From the NCBI GenBank assembly GCA_964036045.1, contig OZ038378.1:54622001-54686000 (forward strand): a stretch of 64,000 nucleotides of DNA. The letters are read 5' to 3'. Source of the DNA: Eutreptiella sp. 'Long Island Sound 2002' (taxonomy: Eukaryota; Protista; Euglenida). The notes beneath the pieces are model-generated. The model was not told where the DNA came from, ran no database searches, and worked only from the letters and a program-made list of their open reading frames with translations. Both the position numbers and the translations under genes were made by a program. Below are positions 35,000-48,049 of this stretch, piece after piece (the first letter of the stretch is position 1; each line of letters begins with the position of its first letter).

Positions 35000-36960
35000 G
35001 CTCCCCCCACCCCTTCCTCCGTATGGCCCGCCGTCCGGCGCAACATCTGAGGACATGCCGCCAGAGATTCAACCCAAGGCGCTGCTCGGCCCGTTCACCG
35101 AAGTGGCACACATCAAGAAGGTGTGTGGGAGGTTCCGGAACCAACCGGATCGTACGTCCTCCGTTGCGGCTTTCAATGTGTGGTTGGTACGGAGCTGTGA
35201 GTCACATGTCGGGCTTTCTCGGCATTTGTTCGCTGTTTTATCACCACAACTGCCCCCTCCCCGTGTTTTGTGATTGCTGTGCGCGTCCGGAGGACGCACA
35301 TGTGCTCCATGCCTCCCTCTATCATCAACGTGCGCAACCTTGTCGCAAAGAGCCTACACTAGCGCTCCCATGAATTTGGGGAGTAACGTTTCCGCCTCTC
35401 CGAATTCCTCCCCCAATGACAAGACCTCCGCCCCCGAGCATTGATGTATGGTGTCATGGATCATTGCTCTCAAATTGCAAAATGACATAAAGTCATCGAT
35501 TGTTTCCATAGTCCCACAAAGCGGGCACGTTGTTGTGCTGGTGAATATATCATAGCGGGAGTTGACTAGCAACTGTCCCCGGAGTACCATTTGAATGAAG
35601 CTCTTGGAGGATAGGGGGGCTCCTAGTTCGTGCCAAACCCGCCACACCGCCCCCGCTTGCCTCGGCGGCTCTTTTGTGTCATGGGCTATCTGTATGAGCA
35701 TCGCCCCCACCCCCCAGTGCATTAACCATCCCCACCGTGTGGAGCGCCTCACTCCGTACCGAGATATACTCATACCCCCACCACGCTCGCCGTACCGGGG
35801 ACCGGTATGTGAGGGCAACCATTTTCATGTTCCGGTTGTATTCAAAGGTGAAGCCTCCCCACGTGGTAACGCCTTTCGGAATGAGGGATGGCGAAAAATA
35901 AGTTAGCCCCCTCCCATTTCCCGGGACGAATGAGCGCCAGATCTGCAGCGGCTCGAGCGGATACGACGACCCTGTCACCATTACATAATGGCGCGCCATC
36001 GAGAAGGCCTCAGCTGCCAGCACAATGAAACGCATGGACTTCCACGGTACCACGCCAAGTTGAAAATACCGTAGGGTTGCAGAGCTTACGACCACCACGT
36101 ACTATCGGGACCACAACTGGTAGTCTTGCACCGCTTTAGGGGGCAATTTGTGCTGGTTGCGTAAATAGAACAGAAATGACAAGATCGCCATTTGCAACAA
36201 ATAGGTCGCTGGGGGGCACATGCGGAGCCGCCCCCGGTCTTCCGGCTAACTAAATATGGGGGGTTTGGGGCACCACGAGGTCAGGACCAACACCGTTTTG
36301 TATATCGTTCCCAGATGGGACACTACCCCTGTGGTCGGAAGATATGCCCTTGCCCCCCCCGCTACAACTGGCAGTCTGTACACTTTCAGCATCTTTACCT
36401 TTTCCCGCAATGTTATCCTCAACACTGCAATCAGTTTGGCCCGCCGCAGTGCCTCCGCCAACCACCCGGCCATGGCACCCTGCGGGCTGCTATCCCCTAT
36501 GCCGATCACCAAGTATCGCACATGGGCCTTCCGTGGTATATCATACACCGCAAGGAGTTCCTGCACTTGGTCGCGGTTTGGTCCCTTGTACAGCGCGTGG
36601 CACTTGGATGTGTTTAACTTTTTTCCTGAAAAATGCCCAAACCGCTTTACCACCTCCATGACACCCTCGAGCGCCGTTCTAAGAGCATCTCCTTCTAAAA
36701 GCAGTATTAGATCATCAGCATAGAGCATGACTAATACCTGCAGGTTCCCTTTGGACATATTCGGCACGAGTAGTGCCACTATATTTGCATACAGGACTGG
36801 GGACAGTGGGTCTCCCTGTCAGATTCCTGCCTAGGGCTTGTGTGTCACCTCCGGCACATACCCCCACCTCACCCCATATGTCAAGGGGAACTTTGGCATC
36901 GCGAGAATTGACCTAATCATGAAGGAGGGTACCACACATGTCTCCCGGATAGCTTATGTT
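35000..36960 (-). mobile_element. Non-LTR retrotransposon (LINE) 3' part: RT and C-terminal zinc knuckle, decayed
   Basis: GI*QGDPLSPVLY, VMLYADDLILL, FSGKKLNTSKC and RYLVIGI in or just upstream of the 36246-36779 ORF; CPLCGTMETIDDFMSFC knuckle in the 35354-35818 ORF. Confidence 0.9.
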
Positions 36961-37649
36961 AAGTTGTGCAACATAGTGGGGTAGTCGTTTAAAAAATGTA
37001 AACTCAGCATCAAGCACTTGTCCGAGGGAGGGGGGGGGGGGCAAAGTGCCGACAAGCAGGGGAGGGGGAAGCGGACGAAGAGGTGGGAAAGAGGTACCGC
37101 AACGGTGATCGTCTCCGGACCGCATAGGCACGGAGAACAGCCCAGAGTGCGTGTCTCCGACAAGAGGTAAAGAGCTGTAAATAGGGGGCAAAGGCTCCTT
37201 GGCGCAAACTGACCGGGGCGCCGAAGGGGGGGGGGGGCACAACCAGCAAGTGCCCCCCCCCCCCCCCCGGTGCTGTTCTATGCTCGTCTCCCCACCTCTT
37301 GTGTCGTTCCCTTGCATGCGTGGGTAACCGCCAGTCCCTTGGCGCCAAACACGGCATCTCGTCTTAGACGACGCCATCCGGGAGGAGGGGCGCCGACCTC
37401 CCCTCGTCCCCTATTACGCTGGAGGGGCTGCACAACAGGCAGTCGTAGCGAACCCCCCGCAGATCCTGCTTGCTGCTGCATAGGCGGGCATGCTACCGCC
37501 CATAAAAGCCTTGGTTGAAGGGGTATCCCTGGAATCTCACACGCCGCTTGCGAGAATTCGACGGACATCAGGGCAGCATCCGACACCCGATGTCTGCCCC
37601 GCACTATGCACCACCCGGGGTGTAGTGCCGGCATAGTGTTTCGGGCTGT

Positions 37650-38330
37650 GTGTAACCTTTCCAGTCTAACACTCTAACAGTCTTTTGGGCCCCAGTAAAG
37701 GCAGGCGGGAGGTAGCCACCTCCGAATTGGTTCCCGTTTGTTCGGACCCCCTGAGAATGCAGGGGTGGCGTAGCATTTCCGCCCTCTTTTGGGCCCCCCA
37801 AAAAGGCAGGGTTGAGGCGGCGAATTCGCATTTTCTGCCCGCGCGTAGCGTTGCTGATCCCTGAGAACGCAGGGGTGACATAGCAACTTCGCCCTTTTTT
37901 GGGTTCACGAGAAGGCAGAGGTGAGGCAGCCACTTCTGATTTTGTTCCCCTTTTTTGTGGACCACTTCTTATTTTGTTCCCCTTTGTTAGGGATCCCGGA
38001 GAATGCAACGGTGACATTGCACATCTGCCCTCTTTTGGGCCCCCACAAGGCAGTGGGGAGGCAACCACTTTTGCTTTTGCTCCCCGCACCTAGCGTTGAT
38101 GATCCCCGAGAACGCAGGGGTGACATAGCATTTGCGCCCTCTTTTGGGCCCCCGAGTGGGCAGGGTTGAGGGAGCTTTCGCTTTGCACGTTGAGCCGGGG
38201 CCGTACTCTCTCACTTTGAAGAGAGCGATGGTGTCAACAGATCAACCTGCCCGGATTTTTTTTGTTCAGGTGTATATTTCCTAGGCAGCGTACACTAAAG
38301 CTAATTACCCTTTCCTTGCGGCGGCCGCGG
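37650..38330 (-). repeat. Satellite-like element with units of about 103/141 bp; same family as 62150-63440
   Basis: On the minus strand, units of GTGGCTGCCTCACCC...GGGCCCAAAAAGAGGGCGGAAATGCTA...CACCCCTGCATTCTC, and a shared head TTGACACCATCGCTCTCTTCAAAGTGAGAGAGTACGGCCCCGGCTCAAC. Confidence 0.85.
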
Positions 38331-38519
38331 CACGCCCGTGGCGTTCCAAGGGTTGAGGCAGCGAATTCTGATTGTGGTCCCGTCACCTTAGGTTTGATGG
38401 TGTGAGCACACCATTGGAATTCGCGTTGAAGCGCCTAAGGTGCGTACTCTAAGTCACAAGGAGGCGTCAACGACATCACGACACGGTTGCATACACAAGA
38501 GAAGTTCGGATGCCAAGCT

Positions 38520-39200
38520 TGGTTAAACAAAGTCAACGAGTGGTTCACCATCTAGCGAGTCACATCCCATCCCTCAACAGCACGGTTGACCTAGATGCAG
38601 AGATATTTGACGACTATCAAGACAAAAGCCTCGATTCTTGCCACGATTGGCGTCACGTCCACGTAGATGATAGTGACACAAGAAGGCTGTCGCACGTACT
38701 CGGCACCTTGAGCCAACCCACTCATCCTAGCGCAAGAAGTACAACATGGCATGGTATTTAGAGACCAGATATTTGAGTTGCGGCGACACGTCCCGGCATC
38801 TGTAGCCCTGGCGCAAGTCACCGCTCACCCGGTGCACGCAACCAGGGCCGAGTGGTAAGTACCGCCAGTTGATGCGTGGGACGCCTCTTGGGCAGAACAA
38901 ATAAAGGTGTTACTAGCGGCGGCAGAGGACCCTATGGCATCCCACGTGATTAAATCCACTAGCAACCGCGGAAGTGACGCAATAAGACCAATGTCTGAGC
39001 TAGCATTGGGGGCATGCAGTAATGGCTGTGCAACGTGCGTTGGATCTTGCCCAACTGCGTATCTCTTTCTAGAAAGGCCTAGGGTCTCATGTGGAAATAT
39101 CCCGTGCGGGAATTAGCAAGTTCAAAATTAGTGCCTTGTATAGCAGAGGGCAAAGCAGCTGTACTCGCTAGCCACCTCATCGTAACACCAACCGCCGATC
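38520..39200 (-). pseudogene. DIRS-type reverse transcriptase remnant
   Basis: AIQGTNFEL, VTPLFVLPKRR, NTMPCC and EYVRQPSCVTIIYVD appear in the order expected for DIRS RT (PLFVVPK ... LPFG ... YLDD). Confidence 0.45.
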
Positions 39201-39599
39201 ACCCGTTTTGGGCTACCTTCGCTAGCTCCCCATTTACGCTGTGGTTTCCATTTGGAGCTGTGGGCAAAAAAGTTACGAAAGGGGAAGGGCACCGTAATCT
39301 CGTCCAAGGCGGCTCGGGTGGATGCGTCAATGTGGAGGGCATGGTTCCAACTATGCGGCTAAGCAAAGCTCTGCAGTCTTCAGATGGGGTGCAGCAGATA
39401 GCAGCCGCCTGGCAAACTGGTAAAGTGTTGGTTCCATCCCCAGTGCCCATGGACCTGAAATTTTTTGCCACTTTTTACCACACACAACGGGAATTTTTGC
39501 TGTTTTTTGACTGCATTCTCCGTCAAGGTTGCGGACCCACCCACCCACCCACCCATCCCCCCCCCCCTCGGGGGGGGGGGGGGGAGGCACTTTGGGCCA

Positions 39600-40200
39600 A
39601 ATTGCCCAGAAGCAAAGTAATCCGTCTCCCCACGAGCGCAATAGGCCCTGGGTAAAGTCCCACTAGGCTCCTCTCTATAGTTGCGTGTGGTTGTTGGCCA
39701 CTTCGGAGGAGATATGAACCTGCACAAAGGAGGGGCACAAACCGAGCGAGGACAAACAGTGTGCCCATGGTCCAAGTTGCATGCCGATAAGCAGTGCCCA
39801 TGGGATCATCCTTCCCAGGGGCTAAAGGCGTCCCCAAACCACTCAAGCTGCACATGCGAGACCAAGCGCAGAAAGCATAAGCGAAGCTGATGTACGAAGA
39901 AAAGATGCCCGATGTCAAGCCCAACTTGTTCGATGTTTGTTGTCGCAACAAATATCAACTTTCACTATCCTCCATCCGAGGTACCCACTGCAAGCTCCAA
40001 TCCCAGGGCATGCGACGGTGCCAGGGTGCCGTTGAAGAGGCCTTGAATCCGGAAATAGCGATTTCCAGTGCGCCCGGGTCCGCAGCCAATAGCGCAAACA
40101 CAATCGGCTGATTGCCACAAGACGCTGGGGAGCAGCGACCTCCCAATGGCCACTGCAGCAAAGTGGGCCGTCACTTAGGCCACGCTAACTGCCCACCACC
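39600..40200 (-). pseudogene. DIRS-type RNase H and possible methyltransferase-like remnant
   Basis: ALEIAISG...LQWVPRMEDSES*YLLR resembles the WIPREENxxADxLSR RNase H end. It is followed by a weak PG...W segment. Confidence 0.35.
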
Positions 40201-40789
40201 CTACCCACAGGCTGGACTCCGCGGGGCCATACTGTACTCCCCCCCCAAAAAACAGGGTATGAATTGTGCACCTAGGGGGCCCCTTGCACCTGGTAGGAAA
40301 AAATGAGCATTTCTATTTATCTAAAATGCTATTCTCATGTAACGACACCCCGGTTGTCAAAACACAATAAGCATGTATGCAAACTGGAAAAGCAGAGGAA
40401 GAAAGAAGGTTTCTGGAATACAACAAACATTTCCAGTGTTACACACAAATGTATCATCCACCGAGGCGATGCAGTGCAAGAAGTACGGTAGCACACACTT
40501 GGCAAAGATTGATGCACCATGTGTGTGCCCAATAATTGTCAATTCACAGTCACTGAAATTCATGCATAATCGAGGTCTCTATTTGCCATTGTTGAGACCT
40601 CTAGGCGAAATTTCTTTCAGCTTTACAAAAATTTAAAAACCAACCGTGTATTCCGCAAAATACTACCACCGGCACACCGCGGGCTCGGGGTTTGGCGGCT
40701 AGTTTTGGAGCATTACCACCGGCTGTGTAGATACTCTGGTATCGTGCACTTCGATGCGTAGGATCAACATTGGAGCATTTCTGACTCTA

Positions 40790-42520
40790 TGCATTCAGAA
40801 AATCCTCCACACCATTGGGAATTTTAGTCTGCGCAATCAGACACCGTAGGCTATGCCCAACGAGGCTCCAAAATTGCTGCTCTGTAACCCTTGTACGCGA
40901 CAACACTCCGGGAAAGTGCATGCGGGGGGCTTCATCAAGACGTTTGACCACATACTTATCCTCTTCCAGAACAACAATGGGAAACCATGCATGTGATATG
41001 TTGTGAATAAACAAGCGCAAGTGCTTTGTGTACTTGTCCACCGACTTCTGCGTGAGGACAACCTGGCATTTTTTCTCTCCTGGAAGTGTGGGGGGGAAGG
41101 TTAAAAAAATATCGGTTGTCTGCTGCACTGACTGGGCATTATCAACCTCCTCCGACCTCATGAGTAGGCGACAAAGCATTGCTTCGCCGTAGTCTTCAGA
41201 AAAATGGCAACCAAGTGCCCGGGTGTGCAACTCGGACCATAAAAGCAGTGCTACAGTATTGGTACGCCGGTATTCAGTGCTCTGCCACTTTTCAAAAGGT
41301 ATTATATTCATGATCAACACGGTACTCATTCCAATACATTCTTTTGCAGCAGCAGTAGAATGCAGAGAGCGACCCTTCCAGTTACATTCACGCACAGGAA
41401 CCCCTAGTGCCAGAAGTGCTGGACAGTACGAATATAACAAGGCCTTCACGGCTAACAGGCATCTCAGACCATGTCTTTGGGCATTAGACAACTCTGCAAG
41501 ATTGCTCAAAAGGACCTGGGTGGTACCATCAAGCCGTGCTTTGTGAGCAGCTGTAGCTAGGAACAAACCAACTATGGGGTTTTCCATGTGACGCGGTTTG
41601 ACTTTCATGGGCACCACAGCTCCTGCCTTCAGGTCCCAACCCTGCTCAAGAAATCTAATGATAGGCGCAAATGCCTTATTTGTTATTTCCACCAAATACT
41701 TATATGGGTGCCAGACACAATAAAGCAACTGGTGTCCCAACAAAAACTGGTCTACGTGCCGGGGGGCATAGCCTGATCAAAACAACATTTTCCGGATTGA
41801 ATAAAAGATCTTCATGCCAGTCAGAAATGGCACGGTCTGTCTCGTCTTCACTTGCAAGCAACCTAGATCCTGACAAACTCCAATAATTCAACATGACTTC
41901 GGGATTTCAGGTGTGATATCGGAAAGGGCCTCCAGTTGAGGGATACCACAACATTGCGAGCATAGTCCACAGGTGCACGAACCCAGGCCCGCAAAATAGG
42001 TCCATCTGGGACTGTATAAGAACTTCATTCCAGAATGCCGACTTCAAGACTTGATTCCCCACGGGTCGGAACCTACTCCCGGACCATGCGTTTTGACAAT
42101 CGTGATACAACGATCCTCCATGCCAATGTCCAAGGCCATGGCCTTGCCTAGCACGATCTCGTAGATCCAAGAGACCTCGCCATCAGTGAAGTGCTCGATC
42201 GATAGCGTGATGCATACACATGACCCCACCGGCAGTCCACCGTCTTTCCTTGCGCAGAGGTACAATGGCGAAGGAACCTCGCGCTAACATGACCCTCGAA
42301 TGCCGGCGAGAGGGCCGTTTCGTAGTGAATGCCAACGATGGTGCCCAACGCCCATGCCACTCCGGCACCTATGTCTTCTTGGTTGGCAGCCACGGAGAGT
42401 CCATACTTGGGCGACTCCCGTAGGCCGTCTGCATGGTTCCACATGAGAGCACCTTTCGTGGTGATGCGCTCAAAGTTGACTCCGTCGTTGGTCACTTGCG
42501 CCTGCTTCACACCTTCTGCA
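40790..42520 (-). pseudogene. Unclassified DDE/RNase H-like transposase, C-terminal part (DUF6589-like, tentative)
   Basis: 318-aa ORF with YCVWHPYKYLVE, LLAVKALLYSYCPAL and FSEDYGEAMLCRL; upstream FAIVPLRKERR...RGLLDL. Flanked by GGCGAAATTTC-type repeats at about 40604 and 42700-43010. Confidence 0.45.
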
Positions 42521-43089
42521 CCTGTGATCCCTTGATGCTTAGGCCACGCTAACTACCTGCCCCATACGACCCAAACATGTGCACTTTGTCGCCCTTTTTG
42601 CGTCTTGCTTTTGTGTGTATGTTTTGCATGTCTCGCCTGTACTGTAATAGGTGGTGAAGAATAATTATACATTTATTGCCTGTCCTATGCATACACACTT
42701 TGAAACTCAAATTCACTGTCTCTATTTGCGAATTTTCCCATACCCGGGCAAAATTTCCCCAGCCCCCCCGGATAGCAAAATGGTATACATATTTCGATGT
42801 CTTGATGACCCTGGGTGAAATTTCCCCAGCTCCGTCTCTTCTGCAAAATGTATACGTCAAAAACACCAATTACAGATTCCGGGCGAAATTTCTTCGAGCC
42901 TCCCTCCTGTTGTTTCTTTGCTTATCTTGTGCCTGATACGTTGCCCTTCGCCTCACTGTCACTTAGGCCCACCAGTCAATAAAGTTGAACTTGGGCGAAA
43001 TTTCTTCCAGCTTGCCTTTACACCCTTGTACCTATGGGGTGGTACCTGTGTTGGGTTCTGTTCACTAACTCTTAGGGGTGCTTCTGCCA

Positions 43090-43790
43090 ATGTTGCTGTG
43101 CGACATGATTCATGTGCGCTTTCTTCAAACAGCCGTTGGGGTTACTCGCATTCGCACTCCGAAGGCTGTGATTTGGGTGGCATTGAACAAAGGGAGGACG
43201 CTCCCGTTGCTGTAGCTGGCACTGGATTTGGGTCACAATAGAAAGACTAGACGTAATGTTGGGCATGTGCGGGCTGCTGGGGATCTAGTCGTCCACCAAA
43301 GTGGTTGTTGGTCCTGCAGAAGCAAGTTTTCTCACTGTATAACGTTGTGCGAGTGCTCACATATCCCTGTGCTGAGAGGGCCACTGGAGCCTCATATGGC
43401 GGTACAATGACCCAGTCCATCCACCGTCAGCTGGCAATGGCAGGACAATGCACTATCAATGCTCCTACTATCTCGGCCCAGGCCAGTGTCCAAGCTTCCT
43501 ACCTACGGAATTCATTTGACAGACAGCGAATCACACTGTGGTTCGACACTTACCGTCGCTACATCAATGGGATGGACCCCCATAGCCCTGATAAGACTTT
43601 GAATGTGACTGCTGTCGGTGTGTTGCACACTACTGAGCTGCCCCAGTACCACGGTCTGCCCGGTCCGGATGCTGTTGCACAACGCAAACCCGGGGTTGTT
43701 GACTACCTTGTGCGTTGTATTGGGTTGCTATTGCAAAGAAGTACATGCTTGTGGGAGCAAAGAGCTAGGGAGGTGTGCAGAGGATGACTA
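43090..43790 (+). pseudogene. N-terminal part of the same or a related unclassified transposase family
   Basis: RITLWFDTYRRYINGMDPHSPDKTLNVTAVGVLHTTELPQYHGLP, a WxDN...LNxTA-type first-Asp region remembered from the same family as the 40.8-42.5 kb ORF. Confidence 0.4.
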
Positions 43791-44034
43791 CTCTAGCATT
43801 CTGGCACTCCACGGGCCGGATTCATTCGCCACCGACGATCCTCGAGTTGAGGAGGCATTGACTACAGTCATGCGAGAAGCACTAGATGACCCAAAATTGA
43901 GGGCTGCCTTGGGAAAGCCGGGAGACACGGTGCTAACGCAAAAAGAGGTGGATGTGGTTTTTGCGTCTCAACATGGCTTCCGTGGTAGGGTGGGGTAAGC
44001 AGTGGGCACAAAGGAGCAGCCCCGGCATGTACCA

Positions 44035-45540
44035 GCCCTAGAGACCTACGTTAAATCCAATATGTTAAATTTTCAATTTAGATTTTTGAAAAGTGTTAAA
44101 TGTTAACCCGATAAATTTTAACGTGTTAAACAAGATTACCTAGTTTTTTTCTAGATTTTAAAGGATTTGTGCCGTTGATTGCATGCGTATGCTAGGGTCT
44201 TGAGGCGGTTTATTGTGGTACAATGTTGCCCAATGGGTTTGTACAGATGTTGGATTGCCTAAGGGTTGGGTTTCCAACCCTTAGTCCTCTTCTTTGTGCC
44301 CACCGCCAACGCCACTCCATACCGCCAGTTCTCTTGTGTAGCACTTGTTATGCCTTTCCCTTGAGACACTATTCTCGAGCTTAGCATGACGCTGGTGCGT
44401 TGGAGGTGAGCCAAGAGTTTGGGGGCCCTTTTGGGGTCCCAACTCCTTGGTGAGTGGGTGGCTGCATCTCCCTTGGCCCGGGCCCGATGGTCCGAGCCCA
44501 CGGACGATGGCAACACCTTCCTTTTTCGTACTAAGCAAGTGGAGGCGTTGAAACAATACGCCTCCTTCCTTTTTCCCGCGTGCGATTTTATTGGGCTCCT
44601 CATCGACCTCAATGTCACAAAGACGGGGTTACGCCACCTCTCCGCGGCGGCCCGTCACGGATATCAGTTAACGGGTCGGAGCTTGGATAATGGGGGGTGC
44701 ATAGCAGAACCGCACATCGTGGTTGACCGCTATTGGGTTTTTATATGCATCCTCCATTGTTGCATGGCCATTGGACAGTTGCAGGTCGCTTTTGTTGAGG
44801 CGCGCTTGAGTCACTCCCCAAGGAGAATGCCGAGGCCGTGCAACGCTTGTTGTACCGGGCACGCAAGGGGGTGAAGCTGGGTGCCACCGCCGCACCGGAT
44901 GGGGAGGACGGAAGGGCTCTCTTCCTTGCATGGGAGGAGATGGGCCCACTATTGGGCTACGCGCCGGAGGACCCCGAATGACAAGCCGTTGTTGCCATGA
45001 GGGATCTCCTTCGGGACTTGTACTACGACGAGCCCCCTCTCAATGACCTCGGGGCATCTGCTGTTGCGCGGAAGTACCGTGCACATTGCTGCAAAGCCGC
45101 CTACCAGTCCAACTACCTCCTCTACCAGGAGTAGCATGTGACCACGGCGGTGGCTAATGCGGCACGTTTGGGGGTGGGTTTGAGGGCGGTTTGTGCGGAT
45201 GTGGTAGAAAGCCTAAATGCAATTTTAAAACGTGCCTACAACAATCGCACGGCCAGCGGGGGGGGGGGGGGGGGATGCCGGGGACCACATCTCGAGAAAG
45301 GGAGGCGGAGGTAGTTTTGCGAGTATGGCAATGGTGGCTTGTGAAATTTGATCTTCCCCTTAGGACCCAAGGAATCCCCCATGTGGTCCCATGTACAATG
45401 GCCACACTCATGTCTAACCATAGCCCCCCAACCATGTCCCTTTCGCTTGCACCCCCAGCTCTTGTTAGCCCTATCCACTTAGGCGTCACAAGTTGCCCGC
45501 CCCCCACCTGGCGCTATGGCCCACGGAAGTCCATGTTGTA
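44035..45540 (+). mobile_element. RAG1/Transib-like element, subfamily A, internally deleted; left TIR present
   Basis: TIR GCCCTAGAGACCTAC at 44035. N-terminus collinear with the 54713 ORF, with a deletion near 44670. Then FICILHCCMAIG, DGEDGRALF, QSNYLLYQE*HV, ADVVESLNAILKRAYNN (Glu at 45207-45209) and VVLRVWQWWLVKFD. Confidence 0.8.
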
Positions 45541-45899
45541 GTGAGGAGAAAAGTATGTGAAAAGGGGTGTTTTTTTGGGGGTATCTATCCCCCCCCGGTG
45601 GCAATAGGCAAAATGAAGGTATGTATGTGAAATATATGCCGTTATTTCTATTTCTAGCTACACAAAAATTTTCGAATAAAGATACCAAATCACAAAAATA
45701 TGGTGGTATTTTACATTTAGACCATTGCATTCCTTTAGTAGGGGGGGGGTCTATCTATTATTACTTTTACCCCTTGGTTCCAAGGTTACCGCAAAACCCA
45801 CGTATACAGCACAAGTAAAAGAACAGCAAAAATATGGGTCATTGAAAAACAAATAAAAATACCCCCAAAGCATATACGTGTATTTCCTTTTTTTATGAA

Positions 45900-47606
45900 C
45901 ATGGCCCAAATTTCGGCCAGTTTGTGCCAAAACAATCAAAACACATGGTGTTATTCACCAGACAGGCCCAAGCTGGCCGAATTTCGGCGAGGTCCTTCAA
46001 AACTTGAAATAACGCCACGGAAATGGATGCCTTTGAGCTTTTTCGGAAGCTGACCGAAATTGAGGCCTGCTTTTCCATTGGTTCCATTGGAAACATGCAT
46101 GTGTATATACACCTTTTAACGCGTGTGGCCGAAATTTGAAACCACTGTTCAAAATTGGGTTGCCGAGAAGCTGGCTGAAATTTCGGCCAGAAATGTGTGT
46201 CGTTTGTAATCAGGGGTCCACATAAGGCAACTTTGGCCGAAATTTCGGCCAGCAAAATGCAAAACAGAGAATGTACACACAAAACAGTGGCAATGCGTGG
46301 CACACCCCATACGAGCATGACAGTTATAGTAATACCAGAAGACATTAACGCTGTGAGAAGAAAGCAGCTTTATAGGAGTGTACGGTGTAATATTCATTCA
46401 CAACAAGAATCGCAAGTTGGCAAAAATTTCGGCCGGATGTTTTGGATGGGAAAACAATTGCTAATATGCGCAGAAATGGGACACCCTGGCCGAAATTTCG
46501 GCCACACCGGGAAAAAAGCGGGATACGAGTGTATGAAAGGTCATTAGACCAGAGAGCTGGGAGAAATTTCGGCCAGCCCTTAAAAAAATGAAAATGAGTA
46601 TAGTCATTCAACACTAAACCAGAAGCGTTAAAAGGTGTATATACACATGCATGTTTCCAATGGAACCAATGGAAAAGCTGGCCTCAATTTCGGCCAACTT
46701 CCAAAAAAGCTCAAAGGTATCCATTTCCGTGACGTTATTTCAAGTTTTGAAGGACCTGGCCGAAATTTCGGCCAGCTTGGGCCTGTCCGGTGAATACTAC
46801 CATGTGTTTTGATTTTTTTGACACACACTGGCAAAAAAGCCGAATATGAGCGTATGAAAGGTGATTAGACCAGAGAGCTGGGAGAAATTTCGGCCAGCCC
46901 TGAAAACAATGAAAATGAGTATAGTCATTCAACGTTAAACCCAAAAGCTTGCCGAAATTTTGGCCAGAAGCGTTAAAAAGTGGATATACACATGCATGTT
47001 TCCAATAGAACCAATGGAAAAGCTGGCCTCAATTTCGGCCAACTTCCAAAAAACCTGAAAGGTATCCATTTCTGTGACGTTATTTAAAGTTTTGAAGGAC
47101 CTGGCCGAAATTCGGCCAGCTTGGGCCTGTCCGGTGAATAAGAACATGTGTTTTGATGTTCTTGGAAAAGCTGGCCGAAATTTCGGCCAGGTTAAGTAAA
47201 TTGGGAAATACACGTATATCCTTTGGGGGTAGTTTTGTTTGCTGTTCAATGAACCGTATCTTTGCTGTTCTTTCACTTGTGGTGTATAGGTCGGTTTTGT
47301 GGAACCCCTGGAACCAAGAAGAATGTGTTGGATGGGAACACAATTGCTGATATGCGGAGAAAGAGGAAATGCTGGCCAAAATTTCGGCCACACCAACAAA
47401 AAAAAGCCCAGTATAAGTGTATGAATGGTGATTAGACCAGAGAGCTGGGAGATATTTCGGCGAGGCCTTAAAAAAATGAAAATGAGTATAGTCATTCAAC
47501 ATTAAACCAAAAAGCTGGCCGAAATTTCAGCCAGAAGCGTTAAAAGGTGTATATACACATGGATGTTTCCAATGGAGCCCAAAAGCTGGCCTCAATTTCG
47601 GCCAGC
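45900..47606. repeat. Array of about 20 copies of the 20-bp palindrome CTGGCCGAAATTTCGGCCAG, about 70 bp apart, with higher-order and inverted duplication
   Basis: Copies include 45976, 46170, 46234, 46487, 46757, 47101, 47171, 47371 and 47515. The segment 45910-46125 is an inverted copy of about 46627-46830. Spacers recur between units. Confidence 0.9.
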
Positions 47607-48049
47607 TTCAAAAACACCTCAAACATGATACACTAGATGAAGCGAATACCTAAGGCTAACACATCACCACCTATTTCAATGGATGTCACACAACGCTGGT
47701 ACCAACATTGCTCACATATGTCAAATAGCATACTCAAACTAGAAATGTAGAATATTCTCACATCGTGCGTATATGGGGTCCTAGAGGGCGGGCAACTTGT
47801 GACGCCTAAGATCCATGGACCAGGCCGCTATGGAGGCTTTGATGGAGAAGATGTTCGAGAAGATGAGCGACGAAGTGGTATGTTCTTGCGTGTGCGTGTG
47901 TTTGCTTGCATATGAAGCGAATTTGTAGACAATAGTTTTCGATTAAAATTTAATGGGGGCGTCGCTGTTTTTCTTTTAATTCTAACACCGGCGGTCGCTT
48001 AACATTTAAAATGTAAGCTAAAAATGAAGTGTTAAAAACTAAACCAAGA

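Noticed and set aside
45900-47606. CRISPR array
   Set aside because: Spacers are not unique and recur in higher-order and inverted blocks. The context is eukaryotic and no cas genes are present.
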